The notes beneath the pieces are model-generated. The model did no database searches and was not told where the DNA came from. It saw only the letters and a program-made list of their open reading frames with translations. A stretch of 12,423 nt of DNA from an uncultured Nitrososphaerota archaeon. Lineage in GTDB: Archaea; Asgardarchaeota; Njordarchaeia; Njordarchaeales; Panguiarchaeaceae. The position numbers and the translations under genes are program-made. Below are positions 1 through 7,085 of this stretch, one piece after another (position 1 is the stretch's first letter; every line of letters begins with the position of its first letter). Where the stretch lies: positions 53,764 to 66,186 of the forward strand of contig CAZWPQ010000010.1 of NCBI GenBank assembly GCA_964636085.1, given 5' to 3'.

Positions 1-1715
1 ACTTTGAATACCCTTATAACTTGATACTTCTCATCGCCAACAATGAGAATTCCGCTGTCGCATTGTTGCCCGCCCCCTTGGGGATAGAAGGCGGTTTTAT
101 CTAATACAACGAAGTTATCTTTTGCGTATAGGACATTGGCACTGAAATCTCTAAGGAATGGATCCTCATAATAGAGTAAACGTGTAGGTGCGAGATGTTT
201 GATTTTATCAAAAAATTCTTTCTCTAATTGGGATACTTGTGTTTCAATTACCTCTGTCTTTGGTGATATGTTTTTAATCTCATCGTAGAAAGTCGGACTT
301 ATTCGAACTTCGATATCATATCCAAGCTTCCTAATTATGGATTCTATTTCTTCTGGAGGCATCCCATAGTTTAAATAGAAGTTTTTGAGGATTCCGTCAT
401 CAATTATTCTAAGTTTTTTCTTTTTGATGAGCCTCCTAAGTTCTCTTATCGCTTTTTCGAGCGTATACTTAAATTTTTTAATTTCGAGCCTCCAGATCTC
501 TGGGGCGACTTTTTCTGCATATTTTATCCTAAAGAATGTTTTTGAAAAGTAATCAATAATCCGTATGATAAGTTCTTCCCAGTCAATATCAAAACCATAT
601 TTCTCCGCCAAGGATACCGCGCGTCTCAATATTGTCCTCAGATTATAAGCACCGCCGATATTAGCGGGTATTCCTCCATCTGGAATTGCCATAACTACGG
701 TTTTAACGTGATCTAGAATAGCGTAGATGGCCTCGAGCGGGCCAAAAATTCTCTGAAATTCGTCTAGTGATAAGTTTAGTTCATTGGCTAATTTTTGCCT
801 AGTTTCTGTGAACACATGTTCATTGTCCGTCTTTACAGATCCCACATGTACCCCATATTGAATCATAAGTTTTTCATCGATGTTCACGCCGAGATTTTTT
901 GTAATCCAGTTGAAGATGGGGCCAAACGTAGCCTCGTATATTGTTGGTGTGCCCTGCATAAACCAAGCTATTCTTTCAAGGCCCCAGCCAACATCCAGAA
1001 CCCTTATGGGTATACGTTCTAGTTTGCCTCCAGCAAGTCTATATTGCATAAATACCCCATTAACAATTTCGAGTCCATAGGCAAATGTTTCGATCGATGG
1101 CCCTGCATTTCCTCCGCCCTGCCACCAGTCCTCCTTATATGTAAGCTCGATTGGGGGGATTCCCATAACTTCGGTTACGAATTTATAGTTTAGTTCAATA
1201 TATCTATTCTTCCAGTATCCTCCCTTCCACTTCTTACTGAGAAATGCATGTTGTCCACCCATAGTAAATGTGCTAAGGTGTCTGCCTGTTTTCCCAATAT
1301 TATCAATATCGCTGAATTCCCCTCCAAATCGTATACACGGCTGTGCTACTACTAGAGGATTAGCTGGTGGATCAACAATACCGTCAGTTACCCAAGGCTG
1401 AAAAATAGCGATACTTGCTATTGTGAAATATATATCGTCGCGCCACCTCGCAACGACGGGGTAGTATTCGAGTATAGTATGTCCATGTTTTTTAAAAAAG
1501 TCTAGCCATTGATGTATAGTTCTGTGTATATCCCACTCCGCGTTTGGATTTTTCTGCTTGATAAACTCATAGACATCTTCGCACTCGACATCTCCGCATG
1601 TTTCCCTATCGGGATTTAGAGTCCAGAAATACCCTCCACACTTTCTGCATTTTTTTCTAACGAAGCCCATTGACCTAAAAAATTCGATGTCGAACTCATT
1701 AGGTTTATTGTTCAT
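1..1715 (-). CDS. alaS: Alanyl-tRNA synthetase, archaeal type (partial; runs off the left edge of the window)
   Basis: Manual translation from ATG at 1715: MNNKPNEFDIEFFRSMGFVRKKCRKCGGYFWTLNPDRETCGDVEC (archaeal N-terminal Cys-rich domain), YPVVARWRDDIYFTIASIAIFQPWVT, PPANPLVVAQPCIR, GKTGRH, WQGGGNAGP, VLDVGWGLERIAW, ILDHVKT, and LDKTAFYPQGGGQQCDSG at the start of the editing-associated region. About 571 codons, open to the edge. SD-like GGAGATG just upstream. Confidence 0.97.
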   Translation of the reverse strand, partial: MNNKPNEFDIEFFRSMGFVRKKCRKCGGYFWTLNPDRETCGDVECEDVYEFIKQKNPNAEWDIHRTIHQWLDFFKKHGHTILEYYPVVARWRDDIYFTIASIAIFQPWVTDGIVDPPANPLVVAQPCIRFGGEFSDIDNIGKTGRHLSTFTMGGQHAFLSKKWKGGYWKNRYIELNYKFVTEVMGIPPIELTYKEDWWQGGGNAGPSIETFAYGLEIVNGVFMQYRLAGGKLERIPIRVLDVGWGLERIAWFMQGTPTIYEATFGPIFNWITKNLGVNIDEKLMIQYGVHVGSVKTDNEHVFTETRQKLANELNLSLDEFQRIFGPLEAIYAILDHVKTVVMAIPDGGIPANIGGAYNLRTILRRAVSLAEKYGFDIDWEELIIRIIDYFSKTFFRIKYAEKVAPEIWRLEIKKFKYTLEKAIRELRRLIKKKKLRIIDDGILKNFYLNYGMPPEEIESIIRKLGYDIEVRISPTFYDEIKNISPKTEVIETQVSQLEKEFFDKIKHLAPTRLLYYEDPFLRDFSANVLYAKDNFVVLDKTAFYPQGGGQQCDSGILIVGDEKYQVIRVFK

Positions 1716-1741
1716 AATGTCATCTCCAGTAAAAGTTGGGA

Positions 1742-1755
1742 TGGATAAGTATCCA
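1742..1755. promoter_or_regulatory. Inverted repeat TGGATA-AG-TATCCA upstream of alaS; candidate transcription-factor site
   Basis: Perfect 6-bp arms with a 2-nt spacer, 27-40 nt upstream of the alaS ATG in a 70-nt intergenic gap. Function inferred only. Confidence 0.3.
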
Positions 1756-1785
1756 CGATTATTGCCTATTTTATCAATTTAAGGA

Positions 1786-2517
1786 TTATGCAAGGAGAGC
1801 TCGTCTAAGACGGCTGATTTCCATCCTTAATGTTTTTAGTAGGTTACTAACGGATTCTCTTTCGCCTATATGGCCCGACTCATAGGCTTTCAGTATTTGC
1901 CATTCAATAGCCTCTAATTTTATAAGCCTTTTGAGGCTTACGTCGTCCGTTTTCAGTAGGTCATTTGCTTCCCTAATAAGAATTTCGGTCTCTTCTGTAT
2001 AGAAACGGTGCTCTATTGTGACGGGTGCTTTTGTGATTGGGCGTTCTTTCAATGACTTAATAAGCTGTGGGATAAATTTCTCTAATTTATCCACTCTTTT
2101 CTCCAGTCTAGAAATTCTGTCTAGGAGCATTTCTTTGAGAGCCCTAATTTCATTCATTAGTGCTTGAGATACATCCATAATGTCTGGGACTAGGGCCTCC
2201 ATGCTTAATTCCTTTACGTGTTCTCTACCAATGGGAACTGTTTGTTCCAACTGTTCAGGTTTTGGGGGTGATGTTTCTGTGGGTTCGTGACTAGGCTCAA
2301 CAGCCATCACATGAGGACCCACTTCTGTTGTAGGCATGGGGGCTGCTTTTTCAACTTGTTGGAGTGGTTGAGAAATTTCTTCCGAGGGGAGGAGTTGTGG
2401 AGTTTCCAGGGGCTCTTCAGATATGGGTATAGGAGGTGTGATCTCGAATTCTATTCCTATTTCACTTTTGAGAACTTTTTTGAAGTACTCGATTGCTTCG
2501 ATAATATTCTTCTCCAT
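1786..2517 (-). CDS. Hypothetical protein: N-terminal amphipathic helix, Pro/Glu-rich disordered linker, coiled coil, C-terminal helical bundle
   Basis: 243-aa ORF, ATG preceded by GGGAGAG SD-like motif, co-oriented with alaS. Heptad pattern in LMNEIRALKEMLLDRISRLEKRVDKLEKFI. No family recognised. Confidence 0.85.
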   Translation of the reverse strand: MEKNIIEAIEYFKKVLKSEIGIEFEITPPIPISEEPLETPQLLPSEEISQPLQQVEKAAPMPTTEVGPHVMAVEPSHEPTETSPPKPEQLEQTVPIGREHVKELSMEALVPDIMDVSQALMNEIRALKEMLLDRISRLEKRVDKLEKFIPQLIKSLKERPITKAPVTIEHRFYTEETEILIREANDLLKTDDVSLKRLIKLEAIEWQILKAYESGHIGERESVSNLLKTLRMEISRLRRALLA

Positions 2518-2580
2518 TGATCTCTCCCATAGGTGGATTTGATGAATTCGATATATTCATATGAGAAGAAATTAATAAAA

Positions 2581-2607
2581 AATCAAAAAATAACATCTTT
2601 TTTGATT
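2581..2607. promoter_or_regulatory. 10-bp perfect inverted repeat AATCAAAAAA-N7-TTTTTTGATT in a divergent intergenic region
   Basis: Arms at 2581-2590 and 2598-2607, about 10 nt upstream of the AGGTGA SD of the + strand gene. Confidence 0.4.
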
Positions 2608-2627
2608 GTTTTCTTTAGGTGATGTTT

Positions 2628-3350
2628 ATGGTTAGGAGGTTCGACACTAGGACTGACGCTAGAATCTTGATGGCTCTTGTTTCATTAGAGAATCTAGACG
2701 AGTTGACAAAGAGTGGTAAGGTTCCGGGGATAAGAAAATCAGACGCTATACAAATATTGGAGAGGCTTACATCCTGTTTGAATAAAATAAGGGACTCTAG
2801 GATGAGCAAACATGAACTCTTGTATTCGGGGTTATTTAGAGCATATAACAATCTGTTGTCTAACTATATTTCATCGATGGGGACAAAATGGTATCAGATA
2901 GCTAAATCACGGGATGATTTTAATGCAAAATTTTTGAGATTCGTACTTCTAAATTTAAGGAGTCTAGGGTCACGACTTAAAAAGACCCCCGATGGATCCC
3001 TACTGGGCGCGTTTAATATAGTCTATGTACGAATTTTGGATAAGAAACAGTACCCTCTTAACAAGGAGATAGCAATATATAACTGTACAGACCTAGAATG
3101 CATCTATGAAGTAGCATCTAAGTATGATTTAGAGAAAAACGATGTGGTTGCGTTTGTTCATACATGGCCCCTGAAGATCAATGGATTTTGGAGCGAAGGA
3201 ATGTTTTTGAGAAATAAGGAGTGTAAGCTTTTTTTGGTGGAAGCAGATCTCGTGGGGAGCAGAGTATTGTTTGATGAAATATGCGAAGAGGATAAGAAAA
3301 AGTTAGAACAAATGGTGGAGGAAAAAATCGAGGATTACCTGATACTATAA
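2628..3350 (+). CDS. Predicted tRNA-binding protein with C-terminal EMAP/Trbp111-type OB fold (COG2517-like), divergent
   Basis: N-terminal FDTRTDARILMA resembles the family start WDTSKDYRLLVA. MGTKWY and LRFVLLNLRSLGSRLK match the helical domain. C-terminal VVAFVHTWPLKINGFWSEGMFL matches the EMAP/Trbp111 'P..F.G..SEGMFL' signature. ATG at 2628 chosen from SD AGGTGA at 2617-2622; alternative starts are 2619 and 2622. Confidence 0.75.
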   Translation: MVRRFDTRTDARILMALVSLENLDELTKSGKVPGIRKSDAIQILERLTSCLNKIRDSRMSKHELLYSGLFRAYNNLLSNYISSMGTKWYQIAKSRDDFNAKFLRFVLLNLRSLGSRLKKTPDGSLLGAFNIVYVRILDKKQYPLNKEIAIYNCTDLECIYEVASKYDLEKNDVVAFVHTWPLKINGFWSEGMFLRNKECKLFLVEADLVGSRVLFDEICEEDKKKLEQMVEEKIEDYLIL

Positions 3351-3385
3351 AAATAATTTCATAGAGGGATGCATACTCACGATGA

Positions 3386-4495
3386 TTATGTGGATGCAGT
3401 TTTTGTTATGGTCATTTTAAGAAGGAGGTCTAATGCATTATCCCTATGATCTTGAGTGTTTCGATAATAAACCAATTTGCTTAGGAAGGGGTCTCCATAT
3501 ATAATTAGGGCATCGTCAGGAGCCAGAATAGTAGCTGGAAAACCTAAGAGATCCTCCTCACCAAAGACCCTAATAATTGTCGAGGTTTTCTGTACATAAG
3601 CCACCATTATGGAGAACCAACTGTATGTGGATATAGTGCTAGGTTTATTAAGGGTGGGAATTGCTGGAACAGCCTCTATGATTGTTTTCTCATCAAAATT
3701 TACAGTATAGTGGAGAGCCTCTCTCTTTGCTTTAAAGTCTAAGATTGCAACAGAGATGGGATAACCAAATTTAACAAGATTAGAAAAGGCAGTATCGCCG
3801 ATAACTACTATTCCACTATCTTCAAACTCTGAGGGGTCTGGAAGTTGTCTAGGGCCGTCAATCAGTGAGCCCTTTGGTTTCCGTATGTCTTCTAAGACTA
3901 CTTTTGTTACCCCGAATTCTGGGGGTCTAGGCTCAGGGAAAAAATCGTTTAATCTGTATCGGGTAGAGGAAAAAATTTTCCCATAGGGATCTAAAATTAG
4001 GGGTATCTTAATTATTGTCAATGGATCTAGTCCTTCTTTTTGCCTAAGGGCATTAAGTCTCTCTGTTCTAGCGATGATGTTCGGATCTGAAGAAATAGTG
4101 ATCGAATCCAAATCTTTAGCGATCTCTGAAAGTACTGCAGGAGAATAGGGGTCATCTATTGGGCAGAATTCAACATTTTGAAGATAATTGATATCCTCAA
4201 GGAAACCCTTAACCGCATTTTTTCTCACAGTAAATGGCTCTATAAGATCTGTCGCGATTTTCTTTGTTTTTCTTACATATGAGTCCGTTGTTATGCATAG
4301 GAGTAATTTTTTCGCATGGAGAAGTGCAGTAGTAATTAGGGTTTTGTGTCCAATATGTAGTCTGTCGAAGGTGCCTCCAACTACACAGTATTTAAATAAT
4401 TTTTTGCCTATATGAACTTTACGTGGTGGGGGAAGGCGTTTTATATACTTTCTCAGGAAGGGAATGTTCCACAATAGTATTCCCTCAGCATTCAC
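3386..4495 (-). CDS. coaD: Bifunctional phosphopantetheine adenylyltransferase (CoaD) / DUF359 GTP-dependent dephospho-CoA kinase fusion
   Basis: N-terminal half: VVGGTFDRLHIGHKTLI (HxGH nucleotidyltransferase), IEPFTVR, IDDPYSPA, LNALRQKEGLDPL, FSSTRYR. C-terminal half has DUF359 motifs IRKPKG, VIGD, AILDFKAKR, NKPSTIS, VFGEEDLLGFP, APDDALIIYGDP. GTG start; exact start uncertain. Confidence 0.88.
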   Translation of the reverse strand: MNAEGILLWNIPFLRKYIKRLPPPRKVHIGKKLFKYCVVGGTFDRLHIGHKTLITTALLHAKKLLLCITTDSYVRKTKKIATDLIEPFTVRKNAVKGFLEDINYLQNVEFCPIDDPYSPAVLSEIAKDLDSITISSDPNIIARTERLNALRQKEGLDPLTIIKIPLILDPYGKIFSSTRYRLNDFFPEPRPPEFGVTKVVLEDIRKPKGSLIDGPRQLPDPSEFEDSGIVVIGDTAFSNLVKFGYPISVAILDFKAKREALHYTVNFDEKTIIEAVPAIPTLNKPSTISTYSWFSIMVAYVQKTSTIIRVFGEEDLLGFPATILAPDDALIIYGDPFLSKLVYYRNTQDHRDNALDLLLKMTITKTAST

Positions 4496-4521
4496 TATTA
4501 ATGGTTAAACGTGATATTTGG

Positions 4522-4537
4522 GGACTTGTATATAAGT
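4522..4537 (-). promoter_or_regulatory. TATA box (CTTATATA on - strand) embedded in a near-perfect 16-bp palindrome GACTTGTATATAAGTC; likely promoter of the coaD fusion
   Basis: TTATATA on the - strand at 4534-4528, about 33 nt upstream of GTG 4495. This fits archaeal TATA spacing for a short-leader transcript. Confidence 0.5.
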
Positions 4538-4570
4538 CATGTAGGACATTCAAGAGCATTCACACATGTA

Positions 4571-6697
4571 TCAACTTAAACTGATGTCGAATCCGCATCT
4601 ATTCTTTGCAGCGACTCCCCTCTTAAATTCTTGGATCTCCTTCGCACATAATACGGCTTTTGCTAATGCGATGAGTTCTCGATTTTCGTTGAGGACAAAT
4701 ACTTCATCATTTGCTCGTATCTCTGGGTACACATAGGTAACGAACTTGGAGAATATACTACGTCCATCTCGAATGAATGGTTCGGCCTCTTCGTTCACAA
4801 TGATGCAGTAATTTAGACTATCTTTAATCTTGCGCCAGAGCCTATATGCTAGCAAAGGATGGGGCACAATTTTAAAATTCTCTGCAACTATCGATGCTAG
4901 AAGCCACATTTTCCCCTTGGATACAAATAGTTCATCATAGGGATCGGTCGGTAGGTGAAGGCCTCTTTTTTGCCACTCTTTGACTATTCTTTTAAGTTCC
5001 CACCTAACGATAGTTTCTGCCTCATAATTAGATAAATCCATCGCGTAGATTTTTCTGAGCATTCCAGTATTTTTTGAAAACTCAAATTTAACGTCCCCTA
5101 TGATGTCTCTGACATCGATATCGAACTGGAACTTTAAAAGTGCTCTAGTAATGTGTGTTCTAACAGTTGTGATATCAACTATACCGACATCTTGGCCCGA
5201 GTAAATCTCTCCAACACCAATTCTATCTTTTATTTTCATAGCGATGTCCTTCTTTGGGTCGAAAATGTAAATTTCGTCAAACTTATCCATTAGGTGATTA
5301 CTTAGGAATGATTTAATTTCCTCGAATATATGATTGGGTATCCCCGACGTGTAGGACATATGTTGGAAAAGCGGATAGACATTCCTGATTTCACGGGGGA
5401 TTAGTCCAAATGTTTCATCGATGATGAAAACTTGTGCACCAAGGTAGCTTGGTAACTTATGAATACCACGGGAAGAACTAATAATGAGTTTATTACTCCA
5501 TATGTAGAGACGTTTAAATAATCTATCCTTATATCTCAAAACAACAGGGAGTCTATACTCCTCAGATCTCGTTATCATGCAACCCTTTCTTTTAAATACG
5601 GGTTCATACGTCTCAAAAAATTCGAAGATTTCTGATTTCCCACTTAGAAGCCAGTTATATGCTCTCGCTAGCTCGGGATGCGATGAGGCTCTTCTAGCGA
5701 CAAGTTCCCACAATGTGCCCTCCCATATGGCCTGTTTTATACGTTTAAGTTCGCCCTGTATCGCATAAAGATTATGCATTGCAAGGTAATATTGACGCTC
5801 TAACTCATTCATTTCTAGTAGCTCTTTTGGAGTGAATTTTGAACATACAGGACAATTGCACGGTAGGTATTCCATATACCTAAGAAAATATGTTCCATGC
5901 ACAGTTAGGTAGCGGTTATCTTTTGCTGCGAGTGCGTAAAGGGCGCTATCGAATGTGTCAAAGCCTAGAAGGACGAAGAAACTGAGCACCATTGGATGCC
6001 CGACACCAAAGAGATGTATTGGATAGTTAGATGGGAACATTTTCTTGGTAATAAAGGCAGAGCGGATGAGTTGGTAGATCTGATACTCCTCCATATATGC
6101 TACTAGGCTACCAAGTGCATACATTTTAAATGGTATCTCCAGCATATGTTTTATGGAGTACTCGAGAAGTTTTGGGATAGGATTACCATGGAGTGGGCCT
6201 ACCCATATAACATCGCTATCCTCAATCACGTACCCTGAATTTTGAGCCTCTCTAGCTCTTCTAATAGTTTCATCAATGGCGGCGAGTCTTTTTTCCAGCG
6301 ATCCTCTATACAGCGGGACATCGAGAATAACACCAATGTCTACACCAATGTCGTTCTGGAATTTAACGATCTCGAGGTTCGAAACTTCCACATCGCCATA
6401 CACTGAAAGTTGATAGGCTCCACTATCTGTCATTATTGGTCCGTTCCATCCCCCGAAAAGTGAATGTATACCCCTCTCAAGTGCTAGCTCATGAAGTTTT
6501 TCATCTCTCCATATAGTGTAGGCATTTGTTATGAAAGCGTTATATCCAAGCGACTTAAGGTCATTGGGACCTATTAACGGGACGTGTATATTTACTACTG
6601 GAAAGAAATACGGAGTCTCTATAACTCCATGCTTTGTGAATATTTTTCCGATTCTTCCAGCAGCGTCTTTTTCTATGATCTCGAAGACTCCTTTCAT
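4571..6697 (-). CDS. tgtA: Archaeosine tRNA-guanine transglycosylase (7-cyano-7-deazaguanine tRNA-ribosyltransferase) with C-terminal PUA domain
   Basis: FEIIEKDAAGRIG, IETPYFFPVVN, ITNAY, catalytic IMTDSGAYQL, IHLFGVGHP, GFDTFDSALYA, Zn site CNCPVC...LAMHNL. PUA domain: AEPFIRDGRSIFSKFV...IRANDEVFVLNE...GVAAKNR. Confidence 0.96.
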   Translation of the reverse strand: MKGVFEIIEKDAAGRIGKIFTKHGVIETPYFFPVVNIHVPLIGPNDLKSLGYNAFITNAYTIWRDEKLHELALERGIHSLFGGWNGPIMTDSGAYQLSVYGDVEVSNLEIVKFQNDIGVDIGVILDVPLYRGSLEKRLAAIDETIRRAREAQNSGYVIEDSDVIWVGPLHGNPIPKLLEYSIKHMLEIPFKMYALGSLVAYMEEYQIYQLIRSAFITKKMFPSNYPIHLFGVGHPMVLSFFVLLGFDTFDSALYALAAKDNRYLTVHGTYFLRYMEYLPCNCPVCSKFTPKELLEMNELERQYYLAMHNLYAIQGELKRIKQAIWEGTLWELVARRASSHPELARAYNWLLSGKSEIFEFFETYEPVFKRKGCMITRSEEYRLPVVLRYKDRLFKRLYIWSNKLIISSSRGIHKLPSYLGAQVFIIDETFGLIPREIRNVYPLFQHMSYTSGIPNHIFEEIKSFLSNHLMDKFDEIYIFDPKKDIAMKIKDRIGVGEIYSGQDVGIVDITTVRTHITRALLKFQFDIDVRDIIGDVKFEFSKNTGMLRKIYAMDLSNYEAETIVRWELKRIVKEWQKRGLHLPTDPYDELFVSKGKMWLLASIVAENFKIVPHPLLAYRLWRKIKDSLNYCIIVNEEAEPFIRDGRSIFSKFVTYVYPEIRANDEVFVLNENRELIALAKAVLCAKEIQEFKRGVAAKNRCGFDISLS

Positions 6698-6747
6698 ATT
6701 GAAAACCGTATCAATAAAACGCCATGTAAAATAGGAAATACAAATGC

Positions 6748-6755
6748 TTATTAAA
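6748..6755. promoter_or_regulatory. Candidate TATA box (TTTAATAA on -, TTATTAAA on +) in the divergent tgtA / zinc-ribbon intergenic region
   Basis: Matches an archaeal TATA consensus about 50 nt upstream of the tgtA ATG. AT-rich context lowers specificity. Confidence 0.35.
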
Positions 6756-6833
6756 CAGGAAATATTTTATGCGAATATATGAGTTGTAGGTGTTAGCAAA
6801 ATAAGAATAAATCGACATTGGGTGTGTTAGGCG

Positions 6834-7085
6834 TTGCGTTTTATTTATATTACCTGCATAGCCCTGCTTGCTGTGATTGTAGTAGCTGTATTGATATTGC
6901 TTGGGATACTACCAACGGGATTTTTTGTGGTTATATTTCTTCCACTTATTTATACGGGCGGTACAAAGAAAGTGGAGGAAATGGATAAGTTGAGTTCGTT
7001 GAGTAGTAGATTCTGCCCTGCATGTGGTTTTCCGTTGAGGGGCTATGAGAACTTTTGTCCTCGATGTGGGTACAGGTTAAAGTGA
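6834..7085 (+). CDS. Small membrane protein with C-terminal zinc ribbon (CPACG-x6-NFCPRCG)
   Basis: About 40 hydrophobic N-terminal residues (one or two TM helices), then RFCPACGFPLRGYENFCPRCGYRL. TTG start preceded by GGGTGTG SD-like motif, with an in-frame stop just upstream. Confidence 0.85.
   Translation: MRFIYITCIALLAVIVVAVLILLGILPTGFFVVIFLPLIYTGGTKKVEEMDKLSSLSSRFCPACGFPLRGYENFCPRCGYRLK

Noticed and set aside
414-426. T-rich run GTTTTTTTCTTTTTT region as terminator or slippage site
   Set aside because: Encodes an in-frame Lys run (IKKKKL) in alaS; the frame continues normally.
795-1080. ORFs 795-1022 and 880-1080 (+)
   Set aside because: Antisense to well-conserved alaS coding sequence; no recognisable motifs.
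2287-2851. ORFs 2287-2520 (+) and 2615-2851 (-)
   Set aside because: Short shadow ORFs opposite longer, better-supported genes.
4188-6734. ORFs 4188-4415, 5577-5768 and 6531-6734 (+)
   Set aside because: Antisense to the coaD fusion and tgtA; composition typical of reverse-frame translation.
6733-6764. Direct repeat AGGAAATA at 6733 and 6757
   Set aside because: Only two 8-bp copies in AT-rich DNA; plausible by chance and not CRISPR-like.
7055-7084. ORF-track TTG start of the helicase-like gene
   Set aside because: Lies within the zinc-ribbon codons of the upstream gene; the TGATG-coupled ATG at 7085 (or ATG 7112) is more plausible.
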